Shown here piece by piece: positions 10,441-21,298 of a DNA stretch of 64,000 nucleotides (the first letter of the stretch is position 1; each line of letters opens with the position of its first letter). The position numbers and the translations under genes were made by a program. This DNA comes from an uncultured Actinomycetota bacterium (GTDB lineage Bacteria > Actinomycetota > Actinomycetes > Propionibacteriales > Nocardioidaceae): NCBI GenBank assembly GCA_963839565.1, contig CAWIVR010000027.1, positions 196,897 through 260,896 on the forward strand. Reading direction: 5' to 3'. Under the pieces are notes generated by a model. That model did not search any database, was not told the DNA's origin, and worked only from the letters and a program-made list of their open reading frames with translations.

Positions 10441-10719
10441 TCAGTCCAGGCCGAGCGCGAAAGCGGACTCGAGGTCGTGGCGGGAGTAGGCCCGGAAGGC
10501 GATGTGCGTCTCGGTCGAGGTGACGCCCGGCACCTTGTTGAGCTGGTCGGCCACCACCGCCGCCACGTCCTCGTGGTTGCGGACCCGCACCATCACGATG
10601 AGGTCGACCTGGCCGGTCACCGAGTAGACCTCGCTGATCCCGTCGAGGGCAGCGATGGCCTCGGCGACCTCAGGGATCCGGGCGACGTCGGCCTTGACGA
10701 AGACGATGGCGGTGATCAC
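10441..10719 (-). CDS. Lrp/AsnC ligand-binding-domain protein
   Basis: MITAIVFVK...SEVYSVTGQVDLIVMVR...TETHIAFRAYS. Confidence 0.9.
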   Translation of the reverse strand: MITAIVFVKADVARIPEVAEAIAALDGISEVYSVTGQVDLIVMVRVRNHEDVAAVVADQLNKVPGVTSTETHIAFRAYSRHDLESAFALGLD

Positions 10720-10723
10720 GGGC

Positions 10724-11585
10724 TCAGACTACGGCCGTCGGCATCGAGCTCCGGCTCCCCGTCGTGGCGGACGATCCACCCAGCCCTCGGAGGCGGGGGA
10801 TCGCCGCCAGCATGGCGAAGGTGCCCCAGCCGACGACCGGGCTCGCGAGCACCATCGAGACCGGCACCAGCCACGGCCGGTCCGTCCGGGCGGCCACCAC
10901 GACCACCACGAGGGCCAGCGGGAACCGGACCGCCAGGGGGAAGGGGATGGCCACGGGGGACAGGTAGATCAGCCCGGACGAGTCGCCGGCGCTGGTCCGC
11001 AGGAAGTCGACCCAGTCCAGCCACGCCTGAGGGCTGATGAGCACCGAGACCGTGAGCAGCGCGAGGGCGGTCACGACGAACGTGGCGAGCCGGCGCCACT
11101 CACCCCTCGCCAGGAACCACACGGGACCCACGCAGGGCAGGACCTTGGTGAACGCGGCCACGCACCACGCGCTCGCGTGGGAGAACCCGACGACCGCCAT
11201 CACGGCCAGCAGCCAGAAGATGTTGCCGGAGAGGATCTCGGGCAGGCAGGCGAGCCACCCGCCGACGGCCAGCACGAGGGGCAGCGGGCGCAGCAGCCAG
11301 GCGACTCCGGCGGCTGCCGCCCCCACGAAGCACGGCGCAGAAGACGGCCCACGGCAGCAGCGTCAGCGGCCAGATGACCTGGGCGAACAGCGGGCTGTAG
11401 TTGTAGGCGTCGACCGACCCGGGCAGGGCCTCGTAGAGCCCTCCGGACCACGCCACGTAGTAGGCGTGCGCGTCCCAGCCGATGCCGTACTCCGCGCACA
11501 TCGCGACGGCGTGGATCGCGAGGTAGACCGCCAGCACGAGGAAGGCGTCGCGCAGGAGCCGCCTGCGGACGGACATGCCGGCCAT
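10724..11585 (-). CDS. Glycosyltransferase family 87 (DUF2029) membrane protein, frameshift near 11330
   Basis: WDAHAYY, AYNYSPLF, GNIFWLL and FTKVLP motifs in a hydrophobic protein. Confidence 0.75.
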
Positions 11586-11625
11586 GGTCCGACGGTAGGC
11601 GATGAAGCCCTCGGTCGGGCCGGTT

Positions 11626-13410
11626 TCAGCGGGTCGGTTGGTGCACCGGCGAGACGGCTCGCCGGTCGTCGAACGGCACCAGCGTCAGCCGGCTCTGGTT
11701 GACCGCGTCGTGGAGGGCCAGATGGCGGGTCGCCCCGGCGATCGGGCAGGTCCACTCGCCGTCGACGTCGACCAGGCGGATGCCCGGGGACTCCAGCCAG
11801 CGCAGGATCCGCTCGGTCTCCTCCGCCGTCGCGGCGGGGACAGGGCCGGCGGCGGTGGCCACCGTCTCGGCGGCGGCCCGCAGCTCGGTGACGTACTGCT
11901 GGGCCTCGCTGCCGGCGGGGATGACGCCGGCCGCGGCGAGCCGGCCGTGCCGGACGACGTGGACGGCCCAGCGGCCGTTGTCCTCGCGTCGGGCCGCGAC
12001 CAGCTCGGGCAGGCGGGTCAGGGCGGTCAGCCGCTGGGTGCGGGCGGCCGCTCGCACGAACGCCGCCAGCCGGTCGCGGTGGACGCCTGCCTCCTCGAAC
12101 CGCTCGTCGGTCGCGAGGGTCTCCATCCGCTGGTTGATGGCCTCGACGACCTCGTCGGGCCGCCGGACCAGGCTGTCGCGCAGCTGGCGGACCACGGCGG
12201 CGTACGTCGCCGGGTCGACGCTGCCGTCGCACGGCGAGAGGCAGCGGCCCATCTCCGCGAGCACGCAGGGCGCGCGTGAGGTGCGCGGCCCGATGCGGTC
12301 GGAGCACTGGCGGACGGGGAAGGTGTCGTGCAGCGCGGCCAGGCACTGCTCGGCCGTGCGCCGCGACCTGAACGGCCCGAGGTAGTCGGCACCGTCGTCG
12401 ACCACGCGCTTGACCAGCGACAGCCGCGGCCACGGGTCGGTGGTCAGCTTGATGAACGTGACCTTCTCGGGGAACCGCGAGCGACGGTTGTAGCGAGGCT
12501 TGTGCTCGGCGATCAGGCGCAGCTCGCGCACCTCGGCCTCCAACGGCGTTGCGCACTCGATGCCCGTCACCTCGGTCGCCAGCCCGACCATCTCGCCCAT
12601 CCGGCTGCGGGTCTCCGAGGACGTGAAGTAGGAGCGCACCCGGGCTCGCAGGTCGCGCGACGTGCCGACGTAGAGCACCCGTCGGCTGTCGTCGCGGAAC
12701 AGGTAGACGCCGGGCGCGTGGGGGAGGTGCTCGGCCAGGTGCCGCTTGCGACGCACCATCGGGCTGACCCGCGAGGAGAACGTCTGGAGCTCCTCGACGG
12801 TGTGCACGCCGAGCCCGCCGAGCCGCTCCATCAGCCCGTGCAGCACGTCGACCGTCGCCCGCGCATCGGCCAGGGCCCGGTGGTTGGGGGTCGTCGACGA
12901 CCGGAACACCTTGGCCAGGGACGACAGCTTGCAGTTGGGGGCGTCGTCGCGCGTGATCACCCGTCGCGCCATCAGCGCGGTGTCGAGGACCTCGAACGCC
13001 GGCCACGGACGGCCCTGCACCTCGGCGAAGTGGCGCAGGAAGCCGACGTCGAACGGCGCGTTGTGCGCGACCAGCACGCAGCCGCTCGCGAACTCGAGGA
13101 ACGCCGGCAGCGCCGACTCGATCGGCGGTGCGTCGGCCACCATCGAGTTGGTGATGCCCGTCAGCACGGCGATGAACGGAGGGATCGCCGTGTGCGGGTT
13201 GACCAGGGTCTGGAACTCGCCCAGGACCTCGCCGCCGCGCACCTTGACCGCCCCGATCTCGGTGATCATCGAGCCGGCCGCGGCCGAGCCGCCCGTCGTC
13301 TCGAGGTCGACGACGCAGAACGTCATCTCGCGCAGCGGCCGGCCGAGCTCGTCGAAAGTGCGTTGCGACTCCCATCGCGTCCCGCGATCGTTGACGCCGA
13401 GGAGCCCCAT
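11626..13410 (-). CDS. DEDD 3'-5' exonuclease (DnaQ-like) fused to a GIY-YIG/UvrC-like endonuclease
   Basis: VVDLETTG, VAHNAPFD and HRALADA exonuclease motifs; PGVYLF...LYVGTSRDLRARVRSYF and KPRYN; start placed at ATG 13410 by promoter spacing. Confidence 0.92.
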   Translation of the reverse strand: MGLLGVNDRGTRWESQRTFDELGRPLREMTFCVVDLETTGGSAAAGSMITEIGAVKVRGGEVLGEFQTLVNPHTAIPPFIAVLTGITNSMVADAPPIESALPAFLEFASGCVLVAHNAPFDVGFLRHFAEVQGRPWPAFEVLDTALMARRVITRDDAPNCKLSSLAKVFRSSTTPNHRALADARATVDVLHGLMERLGGLGVHTVEELQTFSSRVSPMVRRKRHLAEHLPHAPGVYLFRDDSRRVLYVGTSRDLRARVRSYFTSSETRSRMGEMVGLATEVTGIECATPLEAEVRELRLIAEHKPRYNRRSRFPEKVTFIKLTTDPWPRLSLVKRVVDDGADYLGPFRSRRTAEQCLAALHDTFPVRQCSDRIGPRTSRAPCVLAEMGRCLSPCDGSVDPATYAAVVRQLRDSLVRRPDEVVEAINQRMETLATDERFEEAGVHRDRLAAFVRAAARTQRLTALTRLPELVAARREDNGRWAVHVVRHGRLAAAGVIPAGSEAQQYVTELRAAAETVATAAGPVPAATAEETERILRWLESPGIRLVDVDGEWTCPIAGATRHLALHDAVNQSRLTLVPFDDRRAVSPVHQPTR

Positions 13411-13417
13411 GTTTCGG

Positions 13418-13440
13418 AAGGTAGACGCGCACGCCGACAT
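13418..13440 (-). promoter_or_regulatory. PafBC/RecA-NDp-type DNA-damage promoter, leaderless
   Basis: Minus strand aTGTCGgcg-N8-TACCTT then 7 nt then ATG; matches tTGTCRgtg-N8-TAnnnT. Confidence 0.75.
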
Positions 13441-13512
13441 TCCTCGGCAGGGCACGCGCAATACGCTGGGGTTACGACATCCCGCCCCAGCGACCCGACG
13501 TCAGGAGCAGCC

Positions 13513-13773
13513 ATGGGCAACCCGGGCAACCTCGCCCTTCCCGGGCCGGACCAGCGCTGGCGGTGTGGCGGCTGCGGCAACCTGACGCGGTTCGACGTCG
13601 CCCGGTCCCGGCGGACCGTGGAGTTCTGGCACGTCGACCTGGCGGGCGATGCGGTGGTCGAGGACACCGAGGTGCGCGGCGAGACGGTCGAAGCCGTCAC
13701 CTGCCGGTGGTGCGGACGTTCCGACGCGATCGAGGTCGTCCCGCGACACGCGCCGCGCGCCGAGGCGGGCTGA
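13513..13773 (+). CDS. Small Zn-ribbon-like hypothetical protein
   Basis: 86 aa; WRCGGCGN...TCRWCG; AGGAG RBS. Confidence 0.7.
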   Translation: MGNPGNLALPGPDQRWRCGGCGNLTRFDVARSRRTVEFWHVDLAGDAVVEDTEVRGETVEAVTCRWCGRSDAIEVVPRHAPRAEAG

Positions 13774-13786
13774 CCCGGAGACCGAC

Positions 13787-15098
13787 ATGGCCACCCAACC
13801 TGTGGGACCCGACGGCGGCGCGTACGACGACCTGTCGGCCCTGCCCGACCCGGTCCGCTCGCGCGTGCTGTCGCTCGCGGCCGACGTGCTGCCCCAGGTG
13901 GCCGGCCTGCCTCCCGCCGTACGACGGGTCGCGGACTTCGCGCCCAACCGGCGGGCGCGCCTGGGGGGAGCCGCGATCACCGGCGCGCTGCAGGACGACG
14001 AGCTCCGGGACCGGGTCGCCGTGCAGGTCGCTGCTCGCCCCGCCCGGGACGACGACCGGGTGGACGCCGCGGCCCGGGCGTGGCTGACGCGGGGGGAGGG
14101 CTGGACCGAGCTCGTGGAGCAGGTGGAGGCCGCCCTGGGGTCCGGTGCACGCGCGGCCGAGCGCGAACCCACCGAGCTGGCGCGGTTGCGCGAACGGCTC
14201 GAGGCGGCCGACCAGTCCCTCCGCGAGGCGCGGGCCAAGGCGCGGGCGCAGGTCGAGGAGTACAAGGCCGAGAACGCCACCCTCCGTCGCAAGCTCGGTG
14301 AGTCCCGCTCGTCCGAACGCCAGGCCCGCGAGACCGCGGAGGAGGCGTTGCAGCTGGCGCAGGAGGCCCGGGCCCGGGCCGCGACTTTGGAGTCGGCCCA
14401 GGACAAGGAGGTGCGCCAGCTGCGTGCCCGTGTCGAGCAGCTCGAGGCGGAGCAGGCCGCTCAGCGCCGCGAGGACCGGCGGACCTCGCGGGCCGATCGC
14501 GACGAGGCGACCATCCGGTCCCGGCTGCTGCTCGACGCCGTCATCGAGGCGGCGTCGGGGTTGCGCCGTGAGCTCGGCCTCTCGCCGGTCGCCGGCGCAC
14601 CGGCCGACCGGCTGGAGGCGGAGCTGTCCGAGCCCGTCGACGACGCCCGGACACCGGGGGCCTCGGGCGTGCTGGGTCCGGGCAGCGTCAGCATCCTCGA
14701 GCAGCTGCTGACCATGCCCCGCGCCCGGCTGCTCGTCGACGGCTACAACGTCAGCAAGGGCGCCTGGGCAGGCTCGTCCCTCGAGGCCCAGCGCCAGCGG
14801 CTGCTGCGCTCGCTCGCCCCGCTCGTCGCCCGGACCGGCGTCGAGACGACGGTGGTCTTCGACGCGGCGAACCTGACCAGCCGCCCCGTGGTCGCCGCCC
14901 CCCGCGGCGTGAAGGTGCTGTTCAGCCCGCCCGGCGTGATCGCCGACGACGTGATCCGCGACCTGGTCGCCGCCGAGCCCCCGGGCGGACCGTCGTCGTC
15001 GCGGGTCCGACGACCAGGAGGTCGTCCGGGACGCCCGGGCCGGCGGCGCCCGGGTGGCCTCTGCCTCCGCGCTGGTCGCGCTGCTCGACCGCGGCTGA
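13787..15098 (+). CDS. NYN (YacP-like PIN) domain protein with coiled coil; frameshift near 14990
   Basis: Long coiled coil, then LLVDGYNV...TVVFDA...ADDVI; the corrected frame ends ALVALLDRG-TGA at 15098. Confidence 0.82.
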
Positions 15099-15114
15099 CG
15101 CACCGTGGTCGCGG

Positions 15115-16122
15115 CGGTTTCTTTACCAAAGCGCGCGTTTGCGGGACTGGTGGGTCTGCTGGCTGTGAGACTTGCGGGGTTCCCTGTGAAGGAGTCCTGT
15201 CGTGATCTGGGTGATCGTCCCGGCCTTGAACGAGGCTGAGAACCTGCAGGTGCTGGTGCCGCGCATCGTGAAGACCCTGGAGTCGATGGGTGAGGGTGGC
15301 CGGGTGCTGGTGGTCGACGACGGTTCGACCGATGACACCGGTGAGGTGATGGCGGAGCTGGCCTCGACGTGGCCGGGGATCGAGCTGGAGACGTTGCGGC
15401 ACAACCAGGGCAAGGCGGCTGCGTTGCAGCGTGGTTTCGGCCGTGCGTTGGAGGGTGGCGCCGAGGTCGTGGTGATGATGGATGCCGACGGTCAGGACGA
15501 CCCGGACGAGCTGCCGAAGCTGGTGGCGCGGTTGGAGGCCGGCGCCGACCTGGTGACCGGGGCGCGGTTGATGCGGCAGGACCGGTTCGTGAAGCGGAAC
15601 ACCTCGAAGGTCTACAACCGGGTGACGGGGGTGTTGTCGGGTGCTCCGGGTCGGGACTTCAACTCCGGCTACAAGGTGATGACCGCCGACGTGGCTCGCG
15701 ATGTGACGCCGATGATGTACGGGGAGATGCACCGGTACCTGACGGTGATCGCGCACGACCTGGGTTACCAGGTGGTCGAGGAGGCGGTCCAGCACCATCC
15801 GCGGATGAGTGGTGAGAGCAAGTACGGGTTGGCGCGGTTCTGGCGGGGTTTCTCCGACCTGGTCACGGTGCGGTTCCTGTTGTCGTATGAGAACCGGCCC
15901 TCGCACCTGTTCGGTGGGGTGGGGGCGTTCTTGTTCTTCCTCGGCGTGGTGACGCTGGGTTACCTGACGGTGGACAAGATCACCGGTGAGCCCATCGGTG
16001 ACCGGCCGTTGTTGATGGCCGGGGTGCTGCTGACCCTGGTCGGGCTCCAGCTCGCGTTGTTCGGGTTGTTGGCCGAGCTGATCGTGCACGCCCGCAACCG
16101 CGACCGCGCCGCCCGGCCGTGA
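15115..16122 (+). repeat. Copy 1 of a ~1-kb near-identical direct repeat (leader plus GT2 gene); copy 2 is 18211-19221
   Basis: Homology starts at CGGTTTCTTTACCAAAG in both copies; the proteins are identical except the last residue. Confidence 0.95.
15202..16122 (+). CDS. Glycosyltransferase family 2, polyprenol-phosphate glycosyltransferase (GtrB/ArnC/DPM-synthase-like), copy 1
   Basis: VIVPALNE, VVDDGSTD, MDADGQDDP, DFNSGYK, GEMHRY and SKYG motifs; two C-terminal TM helices. Confidence 0.92.
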   Translation: MIWVIVPALNEAENLQVLVPRIVKTLESMGEGGRVLVVDDGSTDDTGEVMAELASTWPGIELETLRHNQGKAAALQRGFGRALEGGAEVVVMMDADGQDDPDELPKLVARLEAGADLVTGARLMRQDRFVKRNTSKVYNRVTGVLSGAPGRDFNSGYKVMTADVARDVTPMMYGEMHRYLTVIAHDLGYQVVEEAVQHHPRMSGESKYGLARFWRGFSDLVTVRFLLSYENRPSHLFGGVGAFLFFLGVVTLGYLTVDKITGEPIGDRPLLMAGVLLTLVGLQLALFGLLAELIVHARNRDRAARP

Positions 16123-18189
16123 CCGACGGGCCGCCCGGCGCGTTCACTGGCACGGGCACCGCCCCTCGAGTCCGTCGTGTGGGCCGCCCTCGCGGTCTGC
16201 GTCGGCGGGCGCGCTCATGGTGCTGCTCGGGAGCCTGGCGGATCGGGCATCTGGACCGACGAGCCGGCGCATGTGCTGCGCTACGAGAATCTGCAGGAGC
16301 ACGGCTGGTACCTGCTCGACGACGACTTCGACGGTGACGAGCCGGGGTCGTGGGTGACCGACCAGTACGTCTACGCGCCGGTCTTCACCCAGGTGATGCA
16401 CGTGGTCAACCGGGTGGTCGGCCTGGACCCGCCGGGTGCGCTGGGCACCTCGGTCGAGGCGTACGCCGCTCGGCACCTGGTCGTCGGCGCTGTGCGGCCT
16501 GCTGGGTGTCTTCGCGGTGGCCGCGATCGGGCGCCGGCTCCTCGGCTCCTGGGCCTGGGGACTGGTGGCGGCCGCGACCCTGATGGCGATCCCGATGTGG
16601 CCGGGACTCTCGATGTTCGACATCAAGGACGTCCCCGCGGCCACCGGCTACACCCTGGTCACCTGGGCCCTGGTCGAGCTCCTCTTCCAACAACCACCAC
16701 GATGGCGCACCGCCTGGGGGCGTATCGCCATCCTCACCAGCCGGCCTGATCCTCGCCATCGGCTCCCGACCCGGACTCTGGCCCGGACTCGCCGCCAGCC
16801 TCGGGGTCGCGGCGCTCCTGGCGTGGAAGCGTCCAGGAATCGATGGGAGCTCCTCGAAGCGTCTGATGTTCCTCTCGGGCTTCGTCGCGGTCGCCGGTGC
16901 ACTCGCCTACCTGGTGCTGTGGATCTCCTACCCGGCCGTGTTCTCCCGTCCACACGAATGGCTGCTCGGCTCCGTGGTCGGCTCGGCCGACTACACCGGC
17001 ACGGCGACGGGGAGCTATGACTCGTCTTGGGCCTACCTCCCGGGACGCGTCGCGGTCGTGATGCCCCCACTCCTGCTGCTCATCGGCGCAGTGGGGATGC
17101 TGACCCTGGTGCCCAAGCGGCTGCCGAGGGTGACGCCCGAGGTGTGCGGCTGGCTCCTCGTCGCCTCTCAAGCCCTCCTGTTGCCCGTCCTGGCGATCGT
17201 CCGGCAGTCGTTGCTGTACGACGATCTGCGGCAGCTGCTCTTCGCCTGCCCGGCGGTCGCGCTGTTGCTGACCGCGGGCTGGAAGAAGTTCGTCGCTGAT
17301 CTCGGACGGGAGTCCACGACAACTCGTTCGGTCCTCGGCCTGGTGTGGTCACTGGCCCTGCTCGCACCCATGGCCGTCCAGATCCAGTTGTTCCCGTATG
17401 GCTACTCCTACGCGGCTCCCCAGGCCGTGGCGGCCGCGAGCTGCGATCGAGAACGACTGGGGCCGCGTATCGCTTCGTGAGCTCCTGCCGCAGGTTCCGG
17501 ACGGAGAGTTCGTGATCTGCCATCCGTTCCTGTCAGCGCATGGGGAGACGCTGCGCTCTCTCCCTCCGACCGGCCGGCCTGCCGCGGAGGCGAGCTCGGA
17601 CTGCCGCACCGACCCGATGAGCACCCTGACGCCGTACGGACTGGCCGACGAGGACCCGAACAGATCACGTCGTTGACGACACGTTCTTGGCGCTGTTCTC
17701 TCGGGGACGCCCACCCGGCCGCAACTGTGAGGTGCTGGGGTCGGTCGAGCGGTGGCGGTACTTGGCTCGGGTGGTGATGAGCACGGCCGCTCGTTGTGAT
17801 CTGGTCCTGAACGCGTATCCGGTGATGCGGTGTGACGTTCGGACCGGATGGTTCGGGGGCGGAGTTCTTGTTGGGTGGTTGGACGTCTCACCCGTCCGAG
17901 CCTGGTGTACGGCTCCGAGAGCCGTTTGGAAGCTTCGGTTTCGAGTTGCCCGAGAGCTGGGCGGGCGGCTGGGCTGCGGCTGCGGTTGGAGGGCCTGGCG
18001 TCGGAGGTGCCGGAGGTGTGGGTGAACAACGAGCTCGTCGCTGGTGACGTCCACGGAGCTCGGGGTGGGTGGTGGAGGTGCCTGCCGAGGTGGTGGCGGC
18101 GATGGGGGAGCGGCGGCTGGTGGTGACGGTGGCGCAGCCGGCCGGGGACGCCGTTGGTGCTGACGGGGGTCTCGGTCGAGCCGAGCTGA
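16119..18189 (+). CDS. GT-C/PMT-like membrane glycosyltransferase, copy 1; multiple frameshifts, end approximate
   Basis: TDEPAH after the first TM, MFDIKDVPAATGY, LLYDDLRQLLF, LFPYGY; extracellular C-terminal domain. Confidence 0.6.
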
Positions 18190-18210
18190 GGGTCGGTCGT
18201 CGGCCGGGAC

Positions 18211-19221
18211 CGGTTTCTTTACCAAAGGGCGCGTTTTCGGGACTGGTCGGTGCTGCTGGCTGTGAGACTTGCCGGGTTCCCTTTGTGAAGGAGTCCTGTC
18301 GTGATCTGGGTGATCGTCCCGGCCTTGAACGAGGCTGAGAACCTGCAGGTGCTGGTGCCGCGCATCGTGAAGACCTTGGAGTCGATGGGCGAGGGTGGCC
18401 GGGTGCTGGTGGTCGACGACGGTTCGACCGATGACACCGGTGAGGTGATGGCGGAGCTGGCCTCGACGTGGCCGGGGATCGAGCTGGAGACGTTGCGGCA
18501 CAACCAGGGCAAGGCGGCTGCGTTGCAGCGTGGTTTCGGCCGTGCTTTGGAGGGTGGCGCCGAGGTCGTGGTGATGATGGATGCCGACGGTCAGGACGAC
18601 CCGGACGAGCTGCCGAAGCTGGTGGCGCGGTTGGAGGCCGGCGCCGACCTGGTGACCGGGGCGCGGTTGATGCGGCAGGACCGGTTCGTGAAGCGGAACA
18701 CCTCGAAGGTCTACAACCGGGTGACGGGGGTGTTGTCGGGTGCTCCGGGTCGGGACTTCAACTCCGGCTACAAGGTGATGACCGCCGACGTGGCTCGCGA
18801 TGTGACGCCGATGATGTACGGGGAGATGCACCGGTACCTGACGGTGATCGCGCACGACCTGGGTTACCAGGTGGTCGAGGAGGCGGTCCAGCACCATCCG
18901 CGGATGAGTGGTGAGAGCAAGTACGGGTTGGCGCGGTTCTGGCGGGGTTTCTCCGACCTGGTCACGGTGCGGTTCCTGTTGTCGTATGAGAACCGGCCCT
19001 CGCACCTGTTCGGTGGGGTGGGGGCGTTCTTGTTCTTCCTCGGCGTGGTGACGCTGGGCTACCTGACGGTGGACAAGATCACCGGTGAGCCCATCGGTGA
19101 CCGGCCGTTGTTGATGGCCGGGGTGCTGTTGACCCTGGTCGGGCTCCAGCTCGCGTTGTTCGGGTTGTTGGCCGAGCTGATCGTGCACGCCCGCAACCGC
19201 GACCGCGCCGCCCGGATGTGA
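18211..19221 (+). repeat. Copy 2 of the near-identical leader plus GT2 repeat
   Basis: Direct comparison with 15115-16122. Confidence 0.95.
18301..19221 (+). CDS. Glycosyltransferase family 2, copy 2
   Basis: Same protein as 15202-16122 except the last residue (P to M). Confidence 0.92.
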   Translation: MIWVIVPALNEAENLQVLVPRIVKTLESMGEGGRVLVVDDGSTDDTGEVMAELASTWPGIELETLRHNQGKAAALQRGFGRALEGGAEVVVMMDADGQDDPDELPKLVARLEAGADLVTGARLMRQDRFVKRNTSKVYNRVTGVLSGAPGRDFNSGYKVMTADVARDVTPMMYGEMHRYLTVIAHDLGYQVVEEAVQHHPRMSGESKYGLARFWRGFSDLVTVRFLLSYENRPSHLFGGVGAFLFFLGVVTLGYLTVDKITGEPIGDRPLLMAGVLLTLVGLQLALFGLLAELIVHARNRDRAARM

Positions 19222-21280
19222 CCGAAGGCCCTGGGGCGGTCACGTCGCCAGGCGGCTCGCCACCCCGAGTCCTCGTCTGGACGGCCCTGGCCGTCTGCGT
19301 GGCCGGGGTCGTGATGGTGCTGCTGGGTGCCTGGCGTGTCGGGATCTCGACCGACGAGCCCATCCACGTGCTGCAGGTACGACGAACCTGCAGGAGCACG
19401 GCTGGTACCTGCTGGACGACGACTTCGACGGTGACGAACCGGGGTCGTGGGTCACCGACCAGTACGTCTACGGGCCGGTCTTCACCCAGGTGATGCACGT
19501 GGCCAACCGGGTGGTGGGCCTGGACCCGCCGGGTGCTCTGGGCACCTCGGTCGAGGCGTACGCCGCCCGGCACCTGGTCGTCGCGCTGTGCGGCCTGCTG
19601 GGGGTCGTTCGCGGTGGCCGCGATCGGCCGCCGTCTCCTCGGCTCCTGGGCCTGGGGCCTGGTCGCGGCCGCGACCTTGATGGCGATCCCGATGTGGCCG
19701 GGGCTCTCGATGTTCGACATCAAGGACGTCCCCGCGGCCACCGGCTACACCCTGGTCACCTGGGGACTGGTCGAGCTGCTCTTCCGTGAACGTCCGGGCT
19801 GGCGTGGCAGCTTCGGTCCTCTCGTTGCTCTGACCGCCGGCCTCGTCCTGGGGATCGGCTCCCGACCCGGTCTGTGGCCGGGTCTGGCAGCGAGCCTCGG
19901 GATCGTCGGACTGCTGGCGCTCGGTCGCACGGGCGCGGTCCGCGTCGGCGGTCGGGTCACGCCGTTGGCCCAGATGGCTGCTTGCGTGCGTCCTGGCGTA
20001 CGTGGTGCTCTGGATCGCCTACCCGGCGTACTACTCCCGACCCGACGAGTGGCTGCTCGGTTCGGTGCTCGACTCCACCGACTACGTCGCCGGCCCCAGC
20101 GGGGACGGCGGGTGGGTCGTGGACCTACCTGCCGACCAGGGTCGTCGCGCTGATGCCGCCCGTCCTGCTGCTCGTCGGGGTCCTGGGTTGTCGTCACCGC
20201 GCTGCCGCGCCGGATGGCCGAAGCTGACCCCCGCGGCAGGTGGGTGGCTCGTTGGTGGCCTCCCAGGCGCTCCTGCTCCCCGGCCTGGCGGTCGTGGGTC
20301 AGTCGCTGCTGTACGACGGCCTGCGTCAGGTCCTCTTCGCCTGCCCCGCGGTCGCGCTCCTGCTGACGCTGGGCTGGCGTTCGTTCGTCACCGACCTGAG
20401 CCGGGACCACCGGCTCATGCAGCGCGTGCTGCCGCTCGTGTGGTCGGCCGCCCTGCTCGTCCCGGTCGCCGTGCAGGTCCAGCTCTTTCCCTACACCTAC
20501 TCCTACGCCGCTCCCTACGCGACGCGCCGCTCGGCTCGAGAACGACTACTGGCGGGTCTCCTACCGCGAGCTGCTCCCGCAGGTGCCGCGCGGTGACTTC
20601 GTGGCCTGCTATCCCCAACCTCTCACGACGACGGGGAGACGATGCGATACCTCCCGCCGAGCGGACGGCCTCTGGCGGAGAACGCCTCGGACTGCCGGAC
20701 CCACCCGTCCAGCACGCTCACGCCGTTCGACCTCGCGGCCTCGGACGACGACCGGTTCAGCGTCCAGGACACCTTCATCGCCCTCTTCAACCGAGGGCAG
20801 CTGCTGGGCAGCAACTGTCGTGAGCTGGGTTCGGTCGAGCGGCGGCTCTACTTCCAGCGTGTCGTGATGAGCCAGGTCGCCCGCTGCGAGCTCGTCCTCG
20901 AGCCCTATCCCGAGCAGGGAGCGGACGCTCGGGCCGGACGGGTCGGGAGCCCAGTACCTGCTCGGGGGCTGGACCTCGCACCCGAAGCAACCCGGCGTCC
21001 AGCTGGTCGAACCGTTCGGCAGTCTCGGCTTCGAGCTTCCCGAGGGCTGGGCGGCGAGCCGATCTGCAGCGTCCGGCTGGAGGGCATCGGTGCCGGGACG
21101 CCCGAGCTGCGCGTCAACAACGAGCGTGTCAGCGTCGCGCCGGACGGCGACGGCTGGGTGGCGGAGGTTCCCGCCGACATCGTCGGTGCAGATGGGTGAG
21201 GGGCGGCTCGTGGTCACCGTGGCCCCGCGGCGGCGGGCGGCGCCCTCAGCCTCACCCACGTGAGCGCTCGAGCCCGCTCT
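19218..21280 (+). CDS. GT-C/PMT-like membrane glycosyltransferase, copy 2 (diverged paralog); multiple frameshifts, end approximate
   Basis: ISTDEPIH, MFDIKDVPAATGY, LLYDGLRQVLF, LFPYTY; colinear with copy 1 but clearly diverged. Confidence 0.6.
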
Positions 21281-21298
21281 GACGACGATCGCGCAGCG

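Noticed and set aside
11626-15098. Anti-phage defence island (nuclease plus PIN RNase)
   Set aside because: Both genes belong to the conserved actinobacterial backbone, have host codon usage and have no defence or mobility neighbours
15115-19221. GT2 duplication as an assembly artefact
   Set aside because: The internal differences between copies are synonymous and the downstream partners are distinct paralogs, which random error would not produce; read confirmation is still desirable
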